Assembly: GCA_963836075.1 (NCBI GenBank)
Contig: CAWIIB010000009.1
Location: 1,792,001 to 1,856,000 of the forward strand
From: an uncultured Acidobacteriota bacterium
Lineage (GTDB): Bacteria; Acidobacteriota; JAQAZP01
Direction of reading: 5' to 3'
Length of the DNA: 64,000 bases
Within the stretch, counting starts at the first letter, position 1, and the number at the start of each line of letters is the position of its first letter. The translations under genes and the position numbers were made by a program. This document shows positions 11,266-19,467 of this stretch, piece by piece. The notes beneath the pieces are model-generated. The model saw only the letters and a program-made list of their open reading frames with translations, made no database searches and was not told where the DNA came from.

Positions 11266-12162
11266 CGGCTCACCTCCCCGGCCCCGGGGCCGCCTGTTGC
11301 CCGACTCAATGCGCCCCCCAGCGCCCTGGTGGCCAGCACTCCAACCACGTCCCGGCGGTAGTCTTTCGAGCCGCGCACGTCGGAGATCGGCTCTGCCGCC
11401 TTCTCCGCCGCAGCGGCCGCCTCGGCGAACGCCGCGGCGTCGGCCTTGCGGCCCGCCAGCAGCGCTCCCGCCTCCTCGGCGTAAAGCGGTATCGGCGCCA
11501 CCGCACCCAGCACCAGTCCGCGCCTCCTCGATCACGCCAGTGCCATCCAGCTTCAGGCCGGCGGCCACCGCGGCCACGGCGATGCCGTTGCCGTTACGCA
11601 GCGCCAGCCGGGCATAGGCCGCGCCGAAACCGGCGGGAGGCTCGGGCACCACCACCGAGGTGAGCACTTCGCCCTCCTTCATCACGGTCTGCCGCGGGCC
11701 GAGGAAGAACGACTCCAGCGGGACATTCCGTTCGCCGCCCGCGGACCAGAGAACGACCTCGGCCTTCATGGTGATCAGCAGCGGGGGCAGGTCGGCGCAG
11801 GGCACGGCGCTGGCGATGTTGCCGCCCACCGTGGCCGCGTTGCGGATCTGGTGCGCCGCCATCCGTGTGGTGGCGTCGCGGAGCGCGGAGAACGCGCCGT
11901 CGAGCAGCGGGGAGGCGTTCAACTGGTTGACCGTGGTCAGCGCGCCGATGCGCAGCGTCCCGCCGTCCATCTCCATGCCGCGCAGCCCGTCGATGCTGTG
12001 CAGCGAAACCACGTGGTCGGCCACCACCCGGCCGGTCTTCAGGTCCACCAGCAGGTCGGTGCCGCCGGCCAGCAGCCGGGCGTCCAGGCCGTATTGCTTC
12101 AGCAGGGCGCCGGCCTGGTCCAGGGTGGACGGTCTGTGAAGTTCAAAATCAGGTATGTACAC
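11262..12162 (-). CDS. FAD-binding subunit of the molybdenum hydroxylase (CoxM/XdhB-type); frameshift near 11518
   Basis: LLAGGTDLL and QIRNAATVGGNI; the C-terminal half (LGAVAPIP...ISDVRGSKDYRR) is in the neighbouring frame and ends with an ATGA overlap onto the next gene. Confidence 0.85.
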
Positions 12163-12707
12163 CGCTCAGTCTCCCGGTTGTCAATTAAGCTTGCGGTCTG
12201 CTTATGGAATTCATTTGCAGAGCCTGGTGACCAAATTTCCGAAACCCGGGGTGGCTACTTGTTCCCCGAGTGTCAGTGAAGATTGCAACCTTGATCTACG
12301 AAAAGTAGACGTTTACATCCTGATTCTATCTTAAAGCTTCTTCCCGCTGTTTCCAACTGCCGGCCCGAACGTAGCCCACCCGGCGATCAGCCCGGTGAAG
12401 GATTGAGGAATATGCTGCCGTCTTTCCGTCAAGATGTTGACGGGCCTTGAGCGGTTCCGCACCTGGAGCCACCCCGGACAAGGAATCGGCCATAGTTGAT
12501 ATTTTTTTGGGGATTTTATTGGCCGGCTGCATCATGGCAAGATCCGGCTCGCCATAATTCGATGAACCACGAATCCGGGGCAAATAAGGGTGAAGTCGGT
12601 CTATAAGGCTTGAATCTGCTGTGATTTGTGCCATAATTCCGTGTATCGCGAAATCGGACCAGTCCGTGGGCCGCAGCACAAATCCTTGAATATTTGTTAC
12701 TTGCGAG

Positions 12708-12725
12708 TTCGAACGTCCGTTCGCA
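12708..12725. promoter_or_regulatory. Palindromic operator TTCGAACGTCCGTTCGCA (putative TetR site)
   Basis: 17/18 match to the reverse complement of the palindrome at 35689-35706; lies between a possible -35 (TTGCGA 12701) and -10 (CATTTT 12724). Confidence 0.7.
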
Positions 12726-12840
12726 TTTTCTTCCCAATTCGCAGGTTGCGGTAAGCAACAACCGAATCGATACCCGAGTCCCGCCTCCGGCGCGGCAGGT
12801 GGCCCGGCGTGACTCACATCCCAAGTGGGCAGGACACATC

Positions 12841-13584
12841 ATGACACTGGAAGGAAAAAAGGCGATCGTCACCGGCGGCAGCCTGGGCATCGGCACTGCC
12901 ATCGCCAAGGAACTGGCCCGGCAGGGCGCCGACGTGGCGATCAACTACCGGAAACACGACACCGAGGCCAACCAGGTGGTGGCCGAGATCGAGGCCATGG
13001 GCCGCAAGGGCCTGGCGGTGAAGGCCGACGTGTCCAGCTTCGACGACGCCCAGCGCATGGTGGATACGGTGGCCGAGACCTTCGGCGGCCTCGACATCCT
13101 GGTCAACAACGCCGGCATCAACCGTGACGGCGTGATCTGGAAGATGACCGAGGAGCAGTGGGACCAGGTGCTGGACATCAACCTCAAGGGCTACTTCAAC
13201 TACACCCGCGCCGCGGTGCCGATCTTCCGCGAGCAGAAGTCGGGCAAGATCATCAACGTCACCTCGATCAACGGCCTGCGGGGCAAGTTCGGCCAGACCA
13301 ACTACTCGGCCTCCAAGGCCGGGATCATCGGCTTCACCAAGGCCCTGGCCCGCGAGCTGGGCCGGGCCAGCGTCAACGTCAACGCCGTGGCCCCGGGCCT
13401 GATCGAGACCGACATGATGCGCGAGGCGCCGCAGAAGGTGCTCGACGCCGCGCTGGCCGAGATCGTTCTGGGACGGCTGGGCCAGCCGGAAGAAGTGGCC
13501 ACCGTGGTGGCCTTCCTCTGCAGCGAGGCGGCGCGGCACGTCACCGGCCAGGTGCTCCAGGTGGACGGCGGACAATACATCTAA
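12841..13584 (+). CDS. FabG-like SDR (3-oxoacyl/3-hydroxyacyl-CoA dehydrogenase)
   Basis: TGGSLGIG, LVNNAGI, YSASK and VTGQVLQVDGG motifs. Confidence 0.9.
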   Translation: MTLEGKKAIVTGGSLGIGTAIAKELARQGADVAINYRKHDTEANQVVAEIEAMGRKGLAVKADVSSFDDAQRMVDTVAETFGGLDILVNNAGINRDGVIWKMTEEQWDQVLDINLKGYFNYTRAAVPIFREQKSGKIINVTSINGLRGKFGQTNYSASKAGIIGFTKALARELGRASVNVNAVAPGLIETDMMREAPQKVLDAALAEIVLGRLGQPEEVATVVAFLCSEAARHVTGQVLQVDGGQYI

Positions 13585-13598
13585 GGGAGAAGCGAACC

Positions 13599-14791
13599 GT
13601 GGAACTTATCCGACATCGTGGCAATCAGCGCCGTGCGCACCCCCATGGGCCGCTTCGGCGGGACCATCCGTGACATCGCCTCCTACGACATCGGGGCGGT
13701 GGCCATCCGGGCGGCCTACGAGCGGGCCGGCATCAGCGGCGGCGACGTGGACGACGTGATCTTCGGCTCCTGCCGCCAGGCGGGCAACGGCCCCAACCCG
13801 GCGCGAACCGCTTCCGTCCGCGGCGGTGTGCCCACCGAAGTGCCGGTGATCACCCTCAACATGGCCTGCCCCTCGGGCATGCGCGCCATTGCCATGGCTG
13901 CCCAGGCGATCCGCCTCGGCGAGAGCAAGGCGGTGCTGGTTGGCGGCATGGACAGCATGAGCACCATTCCCTACCTGATGAAGAACTGCCGCTGGGACGG
14001 CTTCAAGATGGGCGATCGCAAGCTGGAGGACGGCTGGTGCGACAGCGTCGACCCGCTCTGCGGTGTGGGCATGGGCGCCACCGCCGAGAACCTCGTCGAG
14101 AAGTACGGCATCTCCCGCGAAGCCCAGGACCAGTTCGCCGTGGAGAGCCACCACAAGGCGGCCAGGGCCCAGGCCAATGGCTGGTTCGACGATGAGATCG
14201 TCCCGGTGATCGTGCCGGCCAAACGCAAGCAGCCCGAAGTGACCTTTGACAAGGACGAGACCATCCGCGGCGACACCACCCTGGAGAAGATGGCCCGGCT
14301 GAAACCGGTGTTCAAGAAGGACGGCACGGTCACCGCGGCCAACGCCTGCGGCATGTCCGACGGCGCCTGCGGCCTGGTGATCACCTCCCGCGAGCATGCC
14401 GAAAGCCCTGGGGGCAACGCCGCTCTTTTCGCTGGTGACCTATTCCAAGGTGGCCTGTGACCCCCAGACCATGGGCGAGGGGCCTGGCGTGGCCATCCCC
14501 GCGGCCCTCGACGCGGCCGGCATGACCCTGGACCAGATGGATCTGATCGAGGTCAACGAGGCCTTTGCCATCCAGGTGCTGGCCAACGAGGCGGTGCTCG
14601 GCTGGGACCGCAGCAAACTCAACGTCCACGGCGGCGCCATCGCCCTGGGCCATCCCACCGGCATCAGCGGGGCGCGCATCGTGGTCACCCTCTACCACGC
14701 GCTGAAGGGCAACGACAAGGAGCTGGGCATCGCCAGTATCTGCGGCGGCGGCGGTGTGAGCATGGCCCTGATCATCAAGCGGGAGTCCTGA
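13599..14791 (+). CDS. Thiolase (acetyl-CoA C-acyltransferase); +1 frameshifts near 13607 and 14403
   Basis: SAVRTP, NMACPSG, GTVTAANA, EVNEAFA, GAIALGHP and CGGGG motifs spread over two ORFs that join on removing one base. Confidence 0.9.
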
Positions 14792-14794
14792 GTC

Positions 14795-15568
14795 ATGAGC
14801 GATTACGAATTCCTGCAGTTCGAGCGGGCCGGCGGGGTGGCCACCATCACCCTCGACCGCGAGCCGCTCAACGTGCTGCACAACCCGATGATGGCCGAAC
14901 TGAACGCTCTGCTCGACCAGGTGCTGGGCGGCGACGACCTGCCGGCAGCGCTGGTTTTCCGTGCCAATCACAAGGCGTTCTGCGCCGGCGTCGACGTGGC
15001 CGACCACACCGACGACAAGGTCGGTGAGATGATCGACTGCTTCCACGGCATCTTCCGCCGCCTGGCCGCCACCGACGTGCTGACCATCGCCGCGGTGGGC
15101 CGGGCCGCCCTGGGCGGCGGCTGCGAGCTGGCCTGCTTCTGCGACATCGTCCTCGCCTCGGAGAAGGCCAAGTTCGGCCAGCCCGAGGTGCAGGTGGGGG
15201 TGCTGCCCCCGGTGGCCGCCTGCATCCTGCCCCAGCAGGTGGGGCTGAAGAAAGCGGTGGAGCTGAACGCCCTGGGTGCCGTCATCGGTGCGGTCGAGGC
15301 AAAGGAGATCGGTCTGGTGAACCAGGTCTTCCCCGTGGAAGAGTTCGAGACGAAGGTGGACGAGTATCTGGCCCACATCGACACGCTTTCCCGCCCGGTG
15401 GTGCGCATGGCCAAGAAGACCACCGTGTTGGCCGAGCGCGAGCGGATGCTCGAGCACCTCGAACGGGTGGAGAAGATCTATCTCGACGAGCTGATGAAGC
15501 TGGCCGACGCCCACGAAGGGATCGCCGCCTTCCTCGAGAAGCGGGCGCCGGAGTGGAAGCACGAGTAA
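14795..15568 (+). CDS. dch: Cyclohexa-1,5-diene-1-carbonyl-CoA hydratase-like crotonase (Dch/BamR)
   Basis: AFCAGVDVADH, ALGGGCEL and GQPEVQVGV motifs typical of dienoyl-CoA hydratases; bam operon in the same window. Confidence 0.7.
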   Translation: MSDYEFLQFERAGGVATITLDREPLNVLHNPMMAELNALLDQVLGGDDLPAALVFRANHKAFCAGVDVADHTDDKVGEMIDCFHGIFRRLAATDVLTIAAVGRAALGGGCELACFCDIVLASEKAKFGQPEVQVGVLPPVAACILPQQVGLKKAVELNALGAVIGAVEAKEIGLVNQVFPVEEFETKVDEYLAHIDTLSRPVVRMAKKTTVLAERERMLEHLERVEKIYLDELMKLADAHEGIAAFLEKRAPEWKHE

Positions 15569-15572
15569 TCGT

Positions 15573-15670
15573 GTCATCGCGAGGAGCAGGCGTAGCCTGC
15601 GACGTGGCGATCTAGAAGGTCGTTCGGAAAACAGGAGATTGCTTCGTCGCCTTTGGCTCCTCGCAATGAC
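15573..15670. repeat. Palindromic mini-element GTCATCGCGAGGAGC...GCTCCTCGCAATGAC
   Basis: 15-bp imperfect terminal inverted repeat with internal GACGTGGCGATCT / AGATTGCTTCGTC arms; intergenic. Confidence 0.75.
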
Positions 15671-15707
15671 AATCGTTATCACCAATTGTTCCTGAGGGAT
15701 GTAACGC

Positions 15708-18700
15708 ATGCTGAAAGCAGGAGAAGTCGGCGTCCATCCCCCCGGTGCGCTGGGGGTCGCGTTCTTCGTCCACACCAATGCCGAGTGCTTCATCGGCCGG
15801 GGCGGGGACGGTATCACCCAGCCTCTGAAAGATGCCGGCTGCTTTCAGCTGGACGACCACGGCCAGATCCGCACCATCGCCCTGCGCAACAAGATCTTTT
15901 CCAACCTGCTGGAGGCCGAAGCCCTCGACCGGCTCCCCGAACTGCTCTTTGTCTGCTGCAACCCGGACCAGCTGATTCTCTTCACCGCCGAGCTGACCCG
16001 TTTCCTCGAGATTCTCGCCGAACGGGGCCGTTTGAAGAGCGTAGAGGACGTCCGGCGTGAAGTGCCGATCCTGCTCATCCTGCCCAACGGTATCCTCAGC
16101 GAAAAGACGATGACCGACTACGCCGAGCAGCTGCACGAGTCGATCCTGATGCAGCGGCTCCCGGGGGTCACCGAGGAGATGCGCCTGGCCCTGCTGGACC
16201 GGGTGGTGCGCGGGGTCTCGCTGCAGGCCGGCGGCCGGCGGGGCAGCGGTGCCGAAACGATCTACATCCACGAGCGCAAGGGCATGGTGGTCTTTGCCGG
16301 CGGCGGCGAGGAAGAGCGGGAACGGGTGGTCGAACTGTTCTCCACCCACGATTATCCCTTCAAGCATGCCGAGGGGGTGCCGGGCACGCGGGTGGAGTTC
16401 GACAAGGCGATGATCTCCATCGTGCTCAACGTCGGCGGGTTGATCCACACCGTCAACCCCGACGGCTCGCTGATCGACCTGCGGATGGGCGACCTCTGCA
16501 AAGACCCGGACAAGCAGGACTTCGTGCAGAAGATCACCCACGCCGTGTTTGCCACCGGCCAGGCCGCCGGGGCCTATCCGCCCGAGGCGACCTACGACGA
16601 TATCTGGGCCACCCACCGGGCCACCATCCTGGCCCACCAGGGCCATGTCACCAGCTCGCTGAAAACCTTTCGCGATGCCCTGAAATTCGGGCTCTCGGGG
16701 GTCAGCCTCTTCTCCAACGAGGAGTGGATCCTCACCCCGCTGATCGCCTATGCCGCCAGGGCCGGGCTGCAGGAGGAAGAGCGGCTTTTCAAGGATCTCA
16801 AACGCCGGGTTCAGGAGTCGATGGCCAAGGCGATCCGCCACCGCGAGCAGTCCTCTGCAGGCGGGGCGGGCAATCAGAGGACCAGCAAGATGAAACTCAT
16901 CGGGCAGCGCAATTTCAACATCGAGCTATACGAAGACGAATCGGACTACCTGCTGATGGTGGGCACCATGCTCGACGCCCACCACCTGATCAAGCTCGAG
17001 CTGACCCTCTTCCTGCCTGACGAGCAGATCACCCGCAGCAAGCTGCAGATGAGCCGGGTGCCCTTCCCGGTCTGCTGCGAGATCGAGCCGCTGGCCGACC
17101 GGCTGGTGGGGCTGCGCATCCAGCGCGGGGTGGTCAACGAGATCGGCCGCCGGGTGGGCGGACACGCCGGTTGCTCGCACATCAAGGAACTGGCGATGAA
17201 CCTGGTCTACTTCGCCGCGTCCAACCTGGTGGGCCGCCAGGTGAACATCGACGGCAAGTCTCCGGATGAGCGGTTCGAGCTGACCAAGGAACTGCTCAAC
17301 GATTCCTGTCTCGCTTACGGCCAGACCACCGCCTGGGGGCTGGACGAGCGGATCGGGATCAAGAAGGTCGGGGAGGAGCACGGCAACCCCATCCCCCTCG
17401 GCGACTACGAACCCTCCTTCGGAGTGCTGCTCCGCGACCGCACCGAACGGTGGGGGGACAAGGTCTACCTGCGCTACTGCAGCGACGAACAGCCGCAGTC
17501 GTTGAGCTGGAACGAGTTCACCGGCCGGGTGCACAAGATCGCCAGACACTACATCGACCTCGGCATTCGCAAGGGCGACCGGATCGGCATGATCTCGGAG
17601 AACCGGCCGGAGATGTACATGGCCGAGCTGGCGGCGATGATCATCGGCGCGGTCACCGTGCCGATCTTCTCCGACCATACCCCGCAACAGGTGACCTACG
17701 TGCTCAACCGGGCCAAGCCGCGGTTCGCCATCGTTTCCGGAAAGCACCAGCTGGACAAGATCGAGATCGGCAAGCATCCCTGGGTGGACAAGTTCTTCGC
17801 CATGGACTTCGATTCCGACTGCCGCAAGTGGGGGGCGCTCGATTTTGCCGAGCTGCTGGGGGAGGGCGGCGCCTCGGAGGAAGAGTTGACCTCCCGGGTG
17901 GACGGTGTCCGTCCCGACGACCTCTGCGTGATCATGTTCACCTCGGGCACCACCGGTGCGCCCAAGGGCGTTCGGCTGGGACACAGGCACCTGATCTCCC
18001 AGCAGAAGGCGATGTCGCTGATCTGGGACGTCAATGAGAATGATGTCTTCCTCAACTACCTGCCCTGGCACCACAGCTTCGGCGGGCTGTTCGAGCGGTT
18101 CATGAGCCTCTACACTGGCGCCGAGCTCTGCCTCGACGAAGGCCGGGGCAAGGACATCGACCGTCTGATCAGGAACTGGGACGCCTTTGAACCCACGGTT
18201 TTCTTCAGTATCCCGCGGGTCCACGACATGCTGGTGGCCAGGAGCTCCGAGAGCGGTGACGCCGAAGAGATCATCTGGGGTGGGCGCCTGCGCCTCGCCT
18301 TCACCGCAGGGGCGCCGCTCCCCGGCCATGTGGAGGCGGCCTACCGCGAACACGGCATCCCGATCCTCGAGGGCTGGGGGCTGATCGAGGCCGCGCCCTG
18401 CGTCACCGTCTGCACCACCGACCGCGCCTGGCGCCGGGGCTGTGTGGGTTTCCCGCTTCCCGGGGTCAAGATCCGGATCAACCACAACCAGGAGATCCTG
18501 GCCAAGGGGCCCAACGTGATGGACGGCTACCTCCACGACGAGGAGGCCACGGCCCACATGCTCACCGAGGACGGCTGGCTGCGCACCGGCGACCTGGGCG
18601 AGATCACCCCTGACGGGCTCCGCCTGCTTGGCCGCAAGGACGGCACCTTCAAGCTGACCACCGGCGAGAAAGTCCATCCGCCGCGGATCGAGACCGTGCT

Positions 18701-19088
18701 GGTCAACGAGTCGCCGTACATCAGCGAGGCGGTGGTGGTGGGGGCGGGCAAGGACTTTGTCAGCGCGTTGATCTACCCCGATTTCGCCACTCTCGAGCTC
18801 TGGCTGAAAAAGCGACACGTGCCGGTGGAGCAGGCGCTCACCGATCCGGCGGTACACGAGTTGTATGCTTCCGAGATCGCCCGGATCAACCCGATGATCG
18901 ATTACAAGTTCCAGCAGGTGCGGCGGGCCACCGTGGCCCAGCGGATGCCCTCTCTGGACAACGGCGAGCTGACGCCTTCCGGGAAGCTGGTGCGCAAGAC
19001 GATCATGAACAATTTCAAGGCCCAGATCGACGCCCTGTTCGAGGCCGATGTGCCGCCTGAGGTGATCGAGATCCCAAAGACGGGCTGA
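15708..19088 (+). CDS. Three-domain fusion: ketopantoate-reductase-like + DUF2889-like + AMP-dependent acyl-CoA ligase
   Basis: C-terminal IMFTSGTTGAPKG, EGWGLIE and WLRTGDLG; middle PFPVC...GCSHIKEL...SCLAY; N-terminal PGALG, LPNG and TSSL resemble PanE/ApbA (weaker match). Confidence 0.75.
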   Translation: MLKAGEVGVHPPGALGVAFFVHTNAECFIGRGGDGITQPLKDAGCFQLDDHGQIRTIALRNKIFSNLLEAEALDRLPELLFVCCNPDQLILFTAELTRFLEILAERGRLKSVEDVRREVPILLILPNGILSEKTMTDYAEQLHESILMQRLPGVTEEMRLALLDRVVRGVSLQAGGRRGSGAETIYIHERKGMVVFAGGGEEERERVVELFSTHDYPFKHAEGVPGTRVEFDKAMISIVLNVGGLIHTVNPDGSLIDLRMGDLCKDPDKQDFVQKITHAVFATGQAAGAYPPEATYDDIWATHRATILAHQGHVTSSLKTFRDALKFGLSGVSLFSNEEWILTPLIAYAARAGLQEEERLFKDLKRRVQESMAKAIRHREQSSAGGAGNQRTSKMKLIGQRNFNIELYEDESDYLLMVGTMLDAHHLIKLELTLFLPDEQITRSKLQMSRVPFPVCCEIEPLADRLVGLRIQRGVVNEIGRRVGGHAGCSHIKELAMNLVYFAASNLVGRQVNIDGKSPDERFELTKELLNDSCLAYGQTTAWGLDERIGIKKVGEEHGNPIPLGDYEPSFGVLLRDRTERWGDKVYLRYCSDEQPQSLSWNEFTGRVHKIARHYIDLGIRKGDRIGMISENRPEMYMAELAAMIIGAVTVPIFSDHTPQQVTYVLNRAKPRFAIVSGKHQLDKIEIGKHPWVDKFFAMDFDSDCRKWGALDFAELLGEGGASEEELTSRVDGVRPDDLCVIMFTSGTTGAPKGVRLGHRHLISQQKAMSLIWDVNENDVFLNYLPWHHSFGGLFERFMSLYTGAELCLDEGRGKDIDRLIRNWDAFEPTVFFSIPRVHDMLVARSSESGDAEEIIWGGRLRLAFTAGAPLPGHVEAAYREHGIPILEGWGLIEAAPCVTVCTTDRAWRRGCVGFPLPGVKIRINHNQEILAKGPNVMDGYLHDEEATAHMLTEDGWLRTGDLGEITPDGLRLLGRKDGTFKLTTGEKVHPPRIETVLVNESPYISEAVVVGAGKDFVSALIYPDFATLELWLKKRHVPVEQALTDPAVHELYASEIARINPMIDYKFQQVRRATVAQRMPSLDNGELTPSGKLVRKTIMNNFKAQIDALFEADVPPEVIEIPKTG

Positions 19089-19467
19089 CCAACTTGGTCT
19101 CACCGGCCTGACCCTGGAAGCAAGGCCGTTTCACTCCCTTAGAGTAGCGTTGATACTGGCCGGACTGATGATCCATACTGGCTGAAGTGTCCTTCGCAGG
19201 TCTCAGTGCTGACAACCCGGTTTTCCGCCCGGTGCCCAGCAGACTGCCGACTGCACCCTCTGATCTCCGGCCCCGATCGCGCTCTTCCTGGTCCGCATGG
19301 ACCAGGCCGCGACGAGCATTTACCGGCCCCGGCGGCCGGAGCGGACCGACCGGCACCTCGAGCTGTCCCAGCCGGGGTTCCGCGCCATGGTCACGGTGCC
19401 GGGGCACGAGGCCGAAGATGTTATAGTCAGACAGGAGACCTTACAGAACGAAACAGAGAGGGAGAAA

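Noticed and set aside
10261-12162. 633-aa FAD + [2Fe-2S] + Mo triple-fusion ORF in the track
   Set aside because: Caused by the frameshift near 11518; the FAD gene ends at 11262 with an ATGA overlap onto the next start.
12326-12817. Minus-strand ORFs in the divergent intergenic region
   Set aside because: Lower GC, no recognisable motifs, and they overlap the promoter/operator region.
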